DNA of 64,000 nucleotides from Alphaproteobacteria bacterium (lineage in GTDB: Bacteria > Pseudomonadota > Alphaproteobacteria > RF32 > CAG-239): the NCBI GenBank assembly GCA_017480745.1, contig JAFUSA010000031.1, forward strand, positions 13,792-77,791, given 5' to 3'. This document shows, in pieces, positions 1-9,195 of this stretch. Within the stretch, counting starts at the first letter, position 1, and every line of letters begins with the position of its first letter. The position numbers were made by a program, and so were the translations under genes. The notes beneath the pieces were generated by a model. That model saw only the letters and a list, made by a program, of their open reading frames with translations. It was not told where the DNA came from and made no database searches.

Positions 1-1057
1 ATCCCATTAACGAAGACCCTCCGTAAGAAATAAACGGCAAAGTCATACCTTTGGTAGGTATAATATGCAAAGAAGAAGCCATATTAACAAAAGCCTGCAA
101 TCCGATAGAAGCGGCCAAACCAACTTCGGCATACATAACAAATAAATTACTTTCTTTCATTGCCGAACGCAAAGTTCTGATAACTATTACCGCAAACAAA
201 GCAATAATAATCAAGCATAACCAAACGCCATATTCTTCACCGGCAACCGCAAAAACAAAATCAGTATGCGCATCGGGAATCAACAGTTTTACGGTTCCCT
301 CTCCCGGTCCTTTGCCAACCAAATTACCGTTTTGGAAAGCCTCCATTGCACGATTTATTTGATAACTTGTTTCATCACTGCCATATAAAAATTGGTCAAC
401 ACGAGCGTGAAAGTGCGGATACACAAAATAAGCCAAAAACAAAGCAGCAACTCCGGCCATAGACAGTCCGACAACAACTATAATCGGCAAACCGGCCAAA
501 AATAACTGCAAACCGAAAACAGCTGAAAATAACACGCTCATTCCTATATCAGGCTGCAACAGTAACAAACCCAAAACCAACACGAACAACCCTGTTGAAA
601 CTGCCATACCCGGAAAATAATCAAGTTTTTTACCCAAATCTAACAACCATGCCGTAACAATAATAAATATAGGTTTCATAAATTCAGAGGCCTGCAATGA
701 AAAACCGCAAACACTTATCCAACGTTTGGCACCCTTAATTTCAGAACCGAAAAAAATCGTTATAATCAACAACCCGATCATTAGCACAAAACCCAATAAC
801 GAAATACGGCGAATTGTCTTTAAATTAAAAACAGAAATCGTTAACAAAGCCATGATGGAAATAACCACATAAAGAACCTGTTTGCGCACAAACCAATATT
901 CATCTACATTTATTTTTCGTGCCACCGCCGGACTCGCTGTTATATCCAAAATAACTCCGATTGTCAGCAACAACAGCGACAAAACCAAAATCACCTTGTC
1001 AACAGTCCACAACCATTTTGCAAAAAAACTATGACTTTGTCGCGAAAACTTAACCAT
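1..1057 (-). CDS. ftsW: Cell division protein FtsW (3' end runs off the window)
   Basis: Manual translation from ATG at 1057 (MVKFSRQSHSFFAKWLWTVDK...) contains SEDS motifs GAKRW, LLLQPDIG, PDAHTDFVF and PTKGMTLPFISYGGSS; directly downstream of mraY. Confidence 0.93.
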   Translation of the reverse strand, partial: MVKFSRQSHSFFAKWLWTVDKVILVLSLLLLTIGVILDITASPAVARKINVDEYWFVRKQVLYVVISIMALLTISVFNLKTIRRISLLGFVLMIGLLIITIFFGSEIKGAKRWISVCGFSLQASEFMKPIFIIVTAWLLDLGKKLDYFPGMAVSTGLFVLVLGLLLLQPDIGMSVLFSAVFGLQLFLAGLPIIVVVGLSMAGVAALFLAYFVYPHFHARVDQFLYGSDETSYQINRAMEAFQNGNLVGKGPGEGTVKLLIPDAHTDFVFAVAGEEYGVWLCLIIIALFAVIVIRTLRSAMKESNLFVMYAEVGLAASIGLQAFVNMASSLHIIPTKGMTLPFISYGGSSLMG

Positions 1058-1073
1058 TTAGTTCGTCTCCTTG

Positions 1074-2120
1074 TTATATAAAAATTAAACTGCCGGCGGC
1101 GGCCAACAACAACGAAGCCAACCAAAAACTTAATACAACTTTTTTCTCCGACCACCCCAATTGTTCAAAATGGTGATGTATGGGAGCCATCCGGAAAAAA
1201 CGTTTACCTGTGCTCTTAAAATAAACAACCTGAATAATAACAGAAACGGTTTCTACTACAAAAACACCACCAACCAATGCTAAAATTATTTCATGTTTTG
1301 TCATTACCGCAATAGCTCCCAAGATTGCCCCCAAAGCCAAGGATCCCGTATCGCCCATAAAAACTTTTGCTTTTGGTTTATTAAAATATAAAAATCCTAA
1401 ACATGAACCTGTAAGTGCGCTACAAACCACGGCAATTTCACCGCAACGCGGAATAAACAACATATTATAGTCCACAGCATTATGTAAACCGCAAAAATAT
1501 GCCACCGCCATAAAAAAGCTAAAAGATATAATCAGCATCCCGCTGGCCAAGCCGTCAAGTCCGTCACTCAAATTAACTCCGTTAGATGCGCCTGAAATAA
1601 CCACTACGGCAAACGGAACATAAAGCCATGAAAGATTTAAAAACAAATCTTTGAAAAACGGGAAAGTCAACACCGTGTTAATACCACGCGGAGTCGCAGC
1701 TGTTATTATGCTGGCGGCAACAAGCGCTGTTAAAAATTGCAAAAATAATTTTGTACCGGCCGTCATAGCGTTTGAACTTTGACGCTTTACTTTCCAATAA
1801 TCATCCAAAAACCCAGTGGCTCCGTATATTATCAAAATCAGCAAACTAACCCAAACAAAATGGTATTTTATGTTGGCAAATAACAAAATTGAAATAATCG
1901 ACGTTCCTAAAATCAGGATTCCGCCCATCGTCGGCGTACCTTGTTTTGTTTTAAGATGACTTTGCGGTCCATCCGTGCGAATCGGTTGTCCTTTTTTCTG
2001 ATGCTCGTGTAAAAAATTAATCAGAGGATGCCCCAAAAGCAAACTCAAAAATAAAGCCACAACAAAAGCCAAAACCATTCTGATTTTCAGCGCCAAACCC
2101 AAACTCATCAATTCCAACAT
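1074..2120 (-). CDS. mraY: Phospho-N-acetylmuramoyl-pentapeptide transferase
   Basis: GTPTMGG, SNGVNLSDGLDGL, VFMGDTGSLALG and MAPIHHHFE motifs. Confidence 0.97.
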   Translation of the reverse strand: MLELMSLGLALKIRMVLAFVVALFLSLLLGHPLINFLHEHQKKGQPIRTDGPQSHLKTKQGTPTMGGILILGTSIISILLFANIKYHFVWVSLLILIIYGATGFLDDYWKVKRQSSNAMTAGTKLFLQFLTALVAASIITAATPRGINTVLTFPFFKDLFLNLSWLYVPFAVVVISGASNGVNLSDGLDGLASGMLIISFSFFMAVAYFCGLHNAVDYNMLFIPRCGEIAVVCSALTGSCLGFLYFNKPKAKVFMGDTGSLALGAILGAIAVMTKHEIILALVGGVFVVETVSVIIQVVYFKSTGKRFFRMAPIHHHFEQLGWSEKKVVLSFWLASLLLAAAGSLIFI

Positions 2121-2254
2121 TCCAGTCCTCCCGTATTTTGACGGAGTCTATTGCAAATATCTAAAATAAATCTTAAAAAAAGCAGTTTTTGCATTTAAAT
2201 TTACGAGAATTTTACTATTATTGCTTATAATGTATTTCAGCAAAGGATATTACC

Positions 2255-3085
2255 ATGAAGAATGTTTACATATTGTTGGCAACTTTTATTTTTTGTGCTG
2301 GATCATACTTTAAACCAGCCTACGCTGAGGAAGATTTGTTTGGTGTGGAATTAAATGATTTTGCCGATTCCGATCAACCGAAAGAACAAGAGCCGAAAAC
2401 ACAACAGAATGAATATTTATCTTCTTTTCTACGCACTCGCATTCCGGAAAATACGGCCAAACTTTTAAGCAAAGCAGAAAAGATATTTTGCTACACTGTT
2501 GATTATGCCGGAGCAGATTATGACGGTTATTTGATTGATGACTTAGCGGTAAAGGGCTCTTGTGGCGAAGTTTCCAAAGAAGGTAATGAAATGTTAAAAG
2601 AAGCTTTGTTTAACAACAATCGTGCTTTTTCCAGTAATGCGGATTCGTGCAGTATTGCCCCGCGTATAATGTTGCGATATATCTACGGACTTGAACATGC
2701 TGATGTATTAATTTCTGCTCCGTGTCATTCGTTAACTTTTTTTCACGGTGCTAATATAACCACAGTTAATGCCGCTCCGGGAGCAGAGATTGTTGAAAAA
2801 ATAGCCGATGCTTATTCTTCACTGAATGAAAGATTTTTATCACCGGCTTTGTTAGGACAAATGGTAGCCAACGGACAAGTTATTAACACTAATCAAAAAG
2901 AAATTGTGCGGCGTATGTCGCCATCAGACGGACCGGTGCGCAAATGGACCAGCGAACGGCAAAATACACAACAGACAAACACATCAGTTAACAAGCGTTC
3001 CTCTGCAACAAACAATACCGATAATGATATTAACAAAAGCGGAGAGCAACCGGTTAAACGTGGCTGGAACAAACTCAGCCGATAA
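2255..3085 (+). CDS. Hypothetical exported protein
   Basis: 276-aa ORF, AAGGA SD, signal peptide ending AYA-E, low-complexity polar C-terminus. Confidence 0.75.
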   Translation: MKNVYILLATFIFCAGSYFKPAYAEEDLFGVELNDFADSDQPKEQEPKTQQNEYLSSFLRTRIPENTAKLLSKAEKIFCYTVDYAGADYDGYLIDDLAVKGSCGEVSKEGNEMLKEALFNNNRAFSSNADSCSIAPRIMLRYIYGLEHADVLISAPCHSLTFFHGANITTVNAAPGAEIVEKIADAYSSLNERFLSPALLGQMVANGQVINTNQKEIVRRMSPSDGPVRKWTSERQNTQQTNTSVNKRSSATNNTDNDINKSGEQPVKRGWNKLSR

Positions 3086-3151
3086 AAAATACATTGCAAA
3101 ACTGACTGTTGATTTATTTGAGCCGATGGTTTTGAGATAAAGAAATAATAC

Positions 3152-3892
3152 TCAAAAATCTGCACTTAATATCTGCCTGTTTTGCGCATATTTATAAGCA
3201 CAAGCTTTGAGTATCGGCAAATATTTTTCCGGCAGAACAAAATCTTGCGGATAAATTTTTTCGCAAAGCTCGGATATATCATCCCATATTGCCACCTCCT
3301 GCGGAACAAAATGCCGACAAAATGCGTAGCTTGCCGCCGGCAAATCATGAGTGTCATATCCGATTATTTGCAGTAACTTTGCCACATCATTTTCTGCCAC
3401 TTTTACCGCATCGGCCAAATCATACCACAAACCTATGCCCTTGCTTGCCAGATATTGCCAAGGAAAAGCCTTACCCGGATCCGGTTTGCGAGTAGGTGCA
3501 ATATCGGAATGTGCCGCCACATTGACTTTTTTTATTTGATAATGCCTCATAATTTGTCGGCATAATTTTATCAAACTTTTAATTTGTTGCTCCGGATAGT
3601 CATTTTGTCCCATAGTCGGCGAAGACAGTTCTATACCTATGGAATAATGATTTAAGTTTTCCATTTCGCGCCAACTGCTTATACCGGCATGCCACGCTCG
3701 CTTACCTTCCGCCACTAATTGCCAAATTATTCCGTCACCACCAATAACATAATGTGCACTCAATTTTCGTTCGTTCAACAAATCAATCATATCTTCTGCC
3801 GGATGCGTAGCACAATGTATAATCAGTGCTTTAATTTTTTGCGGGTATGGGCGTTCATCATAAACAGAACCGAATCTTTGCCTAATCTTCAT
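3152..3892 (-). CDS. N-acetylmuramoyl-L-alanine amidase, AmpD/AmiD (Amidase_2) family
   Basis: IIHCAT, SAHYVI, RAWHAG, SIGIEL and HSDIAPTRKPDPG motifs. Confidence 0.92.
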   Translation of the reverse strand: MKIRQRFGSVYDERPYPQKIKALIIHCATHPAEDMIDLLNERKLSAHYVIGGDGIIWQLVAEGKRAWHAGISSWREMENLNHYSIGIELSSPTMGQNDYPEQQIKSLIKLCRQIMRHYQIKKVNVAAHSDIAPTRKPDPGKAFPWQYLASKGIGLWYDLADAVKVAENDVAKLLQIIGYDTHDLPAASYAFCRHFVPQEVAIWDDISELCEKIYPQDFVLPEKYLPILKACAYKYAQNRQILSADF

Positions 3893-3895
3893 CTA

Positions 3896-4651
3896 TTATA
3901 ACCTTATGCACGAATATTGAGTGGGATAATCTTTTTCTTTACTTATCAAATGCAAATGCGTATTGCGACGATAGCTAAAATAACCGTTAGCAACAGGATA
4001 TGTATCTATGTGGCAATTTTCCACATTCTTAATCCCAAGTGCCATAAGTTTATCCTCTACATAACCACTTAAATCAAAATGTAAACATTTCTCTGTATCA
4101 AGCACAAAATAGCGAGCATTACTTGCTTTCAAATCAATAAATATCTGTCGCATATCATCTTTAACTTCAAAAGAATCTTTTTGCAAACAAGGGCCAATCG
4201 CCGCACAAATATTTTCACGTTTTGCCCCAAGCTTCAACATTAAATCAACCACATTTTCAATAATTCCTTTATACGCTCCGCGCCAACCGGCGTGGGCCGC
4301 CCCGATTATCCCGTGTTTATAATCTGCCAACAATACCGGTGCACAATCAGCAGTTTTAATTCCTAACAACAAATTGGAGCGATCAGTAACAATTCCATCA
4401 GCAGCTATGTCAAACCACGAAGGTTTATCCGCAATTATTGCCACATTAGAAACGCTTTGCCGAATCGTAAACATATTTTCCGTTTTAAGTTTAAAATGTC
4501 CGGCAATAACAGCAAAATTGCGCAAAATATCTTCTTGGCTATCCTGACTGCTTAAATTAGTATTCAACGAAGCATATTTTCCGCCGGAAACACCACCGTG
4601 AGAACCAAAAAAACCGTGCTTTTCCGTCGCTAAAACAGAAGCTTTATACAA
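3896..4651 (-). CDS. pgeF: PgeF/YfiH-family purine nucleoside phosphorylase (laccase-domain protein)
   Basis: ADGIVT, TADCAPVLL, AAHAGWRG and FSYRR motifs. Confidence 0.9.
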   Translation of the reverse strand: MYKASVLATEKHGFFGSHGGVSGGKYASLNTNLSSQDSQEDILRNFAVIAGHFKLKTENMFTIRQSVSNVAIIADKPSWFDIAADGIVTDRSNLLLGIKTADCAPVLLADYKHGIIGAAHAGWRGAYKGIIENVVDLMLKLGAKRENICAAIGPCLQKDSFEVKDDMRQIFIDLKASNARYFVLDTEKCLHFDLSGYVEDKLMALGIKNVENCHIDTYPVANGYFSYRRNTHLHLISKEKDYPTQYSCIRL

Positions 4652-4719
4652 AATAAAATCCCTCCATATATTTTGTTGTCAGGCTAAATCAAAATTTTTA
4701 AAATTTGATAAATAATTTA

Positions 4720-4748
4720 TTGCCAAAAAACAAAAAATATGTTATACT
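4720..4748 (+). promoter_or_regulatory. Sigma70-type promoter for the small membrane protein
   Basis: TTGCCA (4720-4725), 17-nt spacer, TATACT (4743-4748). Confidence 0.55.
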
Positions 4749-4925
4749 AAGCCATTACTTGTAGAGATTTTAGTTGATATTATATATTTATTTAGTGTGT
4801 TCTCATATATTTATTTGCCCGTAAACAGCTTTGGTTGTTTATGCGCATTTAGGTGTTTGACATAAGGTAAAATATGATTTCAGCCAAACTCTCCAAATGT
4901 TGAACAAACTAAAAAATAATATATT

Positions 4926-5150
4926 ATGAGTGACACTATCTTCGGTGTAGCGCTTGTAGTTGCAGGTGTCTACTTTGGATGGAAGTTGTTGGTCTGGTTA
5001 TGTCAGAACAGCAAAATTATCCGAATAATTGTAAAATTAGCAATCTGTGGCGGAATCATTTACTTTCTTATGAATGTATGCGGCTTATCTTGGAAAGGGG
5101 TGGCCGGTGTATTTCTTCTTTTGATAGTAATCGGTCTGGCGCAAGATTAA
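4926..5150 (+). CDS. Small hydrophobic membrane protein (74 aa)
   Basis: Three hydrophobic segments; own promoter upstream and terminator downstream. Confidence 0.7.
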   Translation: MSDTIFGVALVVAGVYFGWKLLVWLCQNSKIIRIIVKLAICGGIIYFLMNVCGLSWKGVAGVFLLLIVIGLAQD

Positions 5151-5161
5151 ACAAGTAATTG

Positions 5162-5219
5162 AGCGGTTTGTATGGAAAAACATTTGTGTTTTTTATGCAA
5201 ACCGCTTTTTTATTTTTTT
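5162..5219 (+). terminator. Long intrinsic terminator hairpin
   Basis: AGCGGTTTGTATGGAAAAACA pairs with TGTTTTTTATGCAAACCGCT; T tract follows. Confidence 0.8.
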
Positions 5220-5230
5220 GAAGAAGTGCA

Positions 5231-5259
5231 TTGACATACAAAAATACATCATGTATGTT
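5231..5259 (+). promoter_or_regulatory. Sigma70-type promoter for the 30-aa peptide gene
   Basis: TTGACA (5231-5236), 17-nt spacer, TATGTT (5254-5259). Confidence 0.6.
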
Positions 5260-5368
5260 GCACGTAGTTTATTTATAATTATGATATTATATATTTTGGG
5301 TAGATACTACACAAAATACAACCTAAGTGATCTGTAATTTTATTGTTTAACCCTTAAAACTTGTCGTT

Positions 5369-5461
5369 ATGAAAAGGAATTATTTGTCCCCGAAAATCGA
5401 AGTGATCCAAGTGAAAACATCTTTGATTTGTGCAAGTGGATCCTACGATCGGACCCGTTAA
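5369..5461 (+). CDS. 30-aa peptide MKRNYLSPKIEVIQVKTSLICASGSYDRTR (YxxP-type leader/precursor-like)
   Basis: Not in the ORF track; manual translation; lies between a promoter and a terminator; has the MKxxYxxPxxxV...LICAS pattern. Confidence 0.6.
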   Translation: MKRNYLSPKIEVIQVKTSLICASGSYDRTR

Positions 5462-5488
5462 GGCTTGAATGAACTCTATCCCATGACC

Positions 5489-5530
5489 AAAAGACTCCGA
5501 CGCTTAACCATAGCTTTCGGAGTCTTTTTT
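5489..5530. terminator. Bidirectional terminator between the peptide gene and amiC
   Basis: AAAAGACTCCGA ... TCGGAGTCTTTTT inverted repeat. Confidence 0.75.
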
Positions 5531-5541
5531 GTTTTTACCAA

Positions 5542-6783
5542 TTAATTTGAAGCAATTTCAGGATCTTTAAAATAGCGATCGATCGCCTGTGCTGCAGCTT
5601 CAGCTAATTTTTTGCGATAGGATGTTGTTTTTAAGTTGGCTTCTTCCGTGCGATTAGATAAATAACCCATTTCCAACAAAACAGATGGCACATCCGGAGC
5701 TTTCAACACAGCGAATCCGGCAAAACGGTGTGTATTTTTTACCAATTTCACATGCTTCGCCATTTCTTGCACCATATAGGTGGCATATTTAGACGACTTA
5801 TTGCGCGTATCTGTTTGCGAAAGCGAAATCAAAATATCATTTACTTCTTTGGTATTACCACCCAAATCAATACCACCGATAATATCAGCTTTGTTTTCAC
5901 GTTCCGCCAAAGCTGCCGCTTCTTTATCCGATGCCGTATCCGACAAAGTATAAACCGAAAGTCCTGTCGCCTGTTTATTTTGTGCACTATCGGCATGCAA
6001 AGACATAAACAAATCCGCCTTATATTGTTGAGCAATTTTCGTACGCTGCCGCAACGGAATAAAAATATCTCTATCGCGCGTCAAATAGACTGTATAACCT
6101 CTGTTAACCAAAACCTGTTTCAGCTCTTTGCCCATTGCCAAAGTAATATTCTTTTCGTATGTTTTGCCATATGCTCCGATGGCTCCCGGATCCTTACCGC
6201 CATGCCCCGGATCAAGCACAATAATTTTTTTGCGCACCGATTTTTTAGTAGAATTATCTACCATTTTTTGTTCTGATTTAGCCCAACTAAACAAACCTCC
6301 GCTTTTTTCTTCTTGCGGATTAAATTTTGTATCATTGGTAACGGCGTATTTATTGCCAACTTTGCGTCCGAACTCTTTGGAATCCGTCATTTGCAAATCA
6401 ACAACAAATCGCCAATTTTGCCCGCTTTGTGGAGATAACATAAATGCTTTTTTAACAATAGCCGGACGCGATAATTCTCCGACTATTCTCTTATCATTGC
6501 CGGACATTTTACCGACGCGAGTAGCACTTATCACCTGATTTTTAGCCATACTGCGTGGCAAATTTCCTATATTTGCATCATCCAAATCAATAACCAAGCG
6601 TTTCGGATCATCCAATAAAAAAACTCTGTAATTAATGCTTTTATCCATATCAAAAACCAAACGCACTCCGTCTGTTTGGTTGCCAATTCGCATATTACTA
6701 ACGTTTACGGCAGCATAAGCAGATGACATCAATAACATCATCAAACCGAACAAAACCCCCGCAAAACGACGCATAAAATTCAT
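5542..6783 (-). CDS. amiC: N-acetylmuramoyl-L-alanine amidase with AMIN domain
   Basis: Signal peptide, AMIN-like N-terminus (RLVIDL), LDPGHGGKDPGA, FMSLHAD, PSVLLEMGYLSN. Confidence 0.9.
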   Translation of the reverse strand: MNFMRRFAGVLFGLMMLLMSSAYAAVNVSNMRIGNQTDGVRLVFDMDKSINYRVFLLDDPKRLVIDLDDANIGNLPRSMAKNQVISATRVGKMSGNDKRIVGELSRPAIVKKAFMLSPQSGQNWRFVVDLQMTDSKEFGRKVGNKYAVTNDTKFNPQEEKSGGLFSWAKSEQKMVDNSTKKSVRKKIIVLDPGHGGKDPGAIGAYGKTYEKNITLAMGKELKQVLVNRGYTVYLTRDRDIFIPLRQRTKIAQQYKADLFMSLHADSAQNKQATGLSVYTLSDTASDKEAAALAERENKADIIGGIDLGGNTKEVNDILISLSQTDTRNKSSKYATYMVQEMAKHVKLVKNTHRFAGFAVLKAPDVPSVLLEMGYLSNRTEEANLKTTSYRKKLAEAAAQAIDRYFKDPEIASN

Positions 6784-7071
6784 TTCCTCTCTCTAATCAT
6801 CCGTTTTTCAACCGCTCCTATTATAAAGCTTAGTTATTACCAATCTGTTAAAATTATTGGTTGTGCAGATGATTTAACAAAAAAGAGCTTTACTTATTCG
6901 GAATAATATTACAGTGGCTGTATACTTGTATTTCTTTGAGGCAATATTTTGCAAAAAAATATTGATAAATAAGTTGTGAACAGTAATGGTTATACTCATA
7001 TACAATTTTATTAAACACTTTCTATATAGCAACCGCTACGGTGCTATCAAAAAGCGCTGGCCGAATTAATC

Positions 7072-9195
7072 TTATCTTTTAATTTCTGCGCGGGCACGGC
7101 GCATTTCTTCCGTATTTTCCAAATCTTCCAAACAAACCGGAAGTTTGCGGCGCCAATTCGGGTGCTTATCTCTGTCTGTTCCCGGCAAATTTTGCAAAAC
7201 TTCCACCCCAAAAATATCTTCCAACTGCGCCAAATAAACTTCACTTGCGCTTTGAGAAACAAATTTTTCCACAGCTTCCGTAATTCCGTTTGGATACCCT
7301 TCACCATATAAACAATCGCCCTGACGCGGTTTGTCCTGTGGCCAAGACCCACTGTTATCTAAAGCTCTCAACAGGCGACATCTCTCGTCTTCTCGTCCCT
7401 TATATTGATTAACACGATCTTCATCCGAAAGCATTTTTAAGTTATACATTGTTTCAATATCATACCCGAACCAACGCATTTTCAATGGCGCCATATCATG
7501 AGTTCCCACCGAGCAAAAAGCTTTTTGCGGAAAATCACATGGTTGCTTAAAATCGCCTAATCCGTTCCAGCGTTCCGCCCATAAAACGCTGAGCGAATAT
7601 ATACCGCGCTCTTCTATTTTTGCTAAAAATCCGTCCGGCACATTGCCGATACTTTCACCCACCACCATACATTTGTTCAAATAACTTTCTAACGCCACAA
7701 TACCCAGCATTTCATCAAAATTATAATAAATATATGTTCCGTCATCGCCACAATCCGGAATAATATACAGACGCATTAACCCCATTACATGATCTATTCT
7801 CAAAGCTCCGGCACCTTGCATAGCCGCTCGTAAAATTTTGATATATGGTTTATAAGCGTTGTTTTTCAAACTTGTCGGATTAAAGGCTCCCAAACACCAT
7901 TTTTGACCTGTCGGAAAAAACACATCAGGTGGCGCACCGGCCCCACATTCTTTAATAAATAAATCATTGCCACTCCAAAGCTCCTCACTATCTTTGTTAA
8001 CTCCTACCGGCAAATCACGATATAAACCGATTTGCAATCCGCTTTCTTTTATTTGTTTATACACATTTTTTAGTTGTTCAAAAGCTATATATTGCAAAAA
8101 TTTAAAAAACATTACCTCGTTTTTGTGTTTGTTTTTAAATTTCACCACCGCTAAGCCGTTTGGATTTTGCAGTTCTTGCGGCCAATCTCGCCAACCTCTG
8201 TAAGCTTTGTCGTGATATACAGAATAAATAACCTGATAAACAGCCAAATTATCCAAGTCACTTCCTTGCTCGGCACAGAATTCGGTAAATTTTTTATATT
8301 CTTCACCATCTTTGTTTTTCTGCCATTTGGCAAAAATCTCTCGTAAACAATCTATCTTCAAATTATAAACAGTAGAATAATCTATATTTTCACTATTACG
8401 AGCCTGTTTTAACTCTTCCTCACGGCTTTCAAGCATTTGCTCTTCAAAACCGGATACTTCTTCCACATCAATATAAATCGGATTCAAAAACAAACGGCTG
8501 ATAGATGAATACGGACTGGCATTTTCAGGAAAATCGTGTTGCAAAACATTCATCGGATTAACACCAATCACATCAGCACCTTGACGCGCGCATATTTTTA
8601 CAAAATTTTTCAAATCGGTAAAATCACCAATTCCCCAATTGCGTCTACTTACCAAACTATATAATTGAACGGCATACCCCCATAATTTACGCTGTTGTAA
8701 CACATCCGGCAAATAGCATTTATCCGGCGTTATAGCCAATACCGAACCATATTTTTTTCCTTGCAAATTAACTCTTAAATCATAGTATTGCGGTTCCATA
8801 TCAGAGGTAATTGTTACTTGCAATTTAACATAAATTGAGCGCCCTATTTTTTTTTCTTCCGTCAACTGTGTCTGATGTTGAACAACAATTTCTTTGCCCT
8901 CTTGTGTGGCAATATTTAAATCGAACATCTTTGAATCGCTTTTTTTAAGCACAACATCAAAAGTTTTATTATTGCTACGCACAATATAAATAGGTTCTAA
9001 AACAGATTGCCAGCGTTTATCTTCAATTTTTTGCAACAATTCCGCACTGTCCTCAATTTTTTTAAGCGGATATCCCAAATAATTAACCATTTTCAGCAAG
9101 GCTTCATCTTCAACCGTATATTGTTTTTGCATCGCATCATAAAAAGTTTTGGCTATTCCCAACTTTTTCAGCAACAAATCCCAACTATTGTTCAC
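7072..9195 (-). CDS. malQ: 4-alpha-glucanotransferase (amylomaltase)
   Basis: WGIGDFTDL, SPYSSISRLFLNPIYI, GAPPD, LRIDHVMGL and NLPGT motifs. Confidence 0.96.
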   Translation of the reverse strand: MNNSWDLLLKKLGIAKTFYDAMQKQYTVEDEALLKMVNYLGYPLKKIEDSAELLQKIEDKRWQSVLEPIYIVRSNNKTFDVVLKKSDSKMFDLNIATQEGKEIVVQHQTQLTEEKKIGRSIYVKLQVTITSDMEPQYYDLRVNLQGKKYGSVLAITPDKCYLPDVLQQRKLWGYAVQLYSLVSRRNWGIGDFTDLKNFVKICARQGADVIGVNPMNVLQHDFPENASPYSSISRLFLNPIYIDVEEVSGFEEQMLESREEELKQARNSENIDYSTVYNLKIDCLREIFAKWQKNKDGEEYKKFTEFCAEQGSDLDNLAVYQVIYSVYHDKAYRGWRDWPQELQNPNGLAVVKFKNKHKNEVMFFKFLQYIAFEQLKNVYKQIKESGLQIGLYRDLPVGVNKDSEELWSGNDLFIKECGAGAPPDVFFPTGQKWCLGAFNPTSLKNNAYKPYIKILRAAMQGAGALRIDHVMGLMRLYIIPDCGDDGTYIYYNFDEMLGIVALESYLNKCMVVGESIGNVPDGFLAKIEERGIYSLSVLWAERWNGLGDFKQPCDFPQKAFCSVGTHDMAPLKMRWFGYDIETMYNLKMLSDEDRVNQYKGREDERCRLLRALDNSGSWPQDKPRQGDCLYGEGYPNGITEAVEKFVSQSASEVYLAQLEDIFGVEVLQNLPGTDRDKHPNWRRKLPVCLEDLENTEEMRRARAEIKR

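Noticed and set aside
5728-6538. Short opposite-strand or out-of-frame ORFs inside long genes (these two and many similar ones in the track)
   Set aside because: They shadow well-supported genes and have no SD or recognisable motifs.
6837-6851. Possible CtrA box upstream of amiC (TTAA-N7-GTAA on the minus strand)
   Set aside because: Imperfect match, expected by chance in AT-rich DNA.
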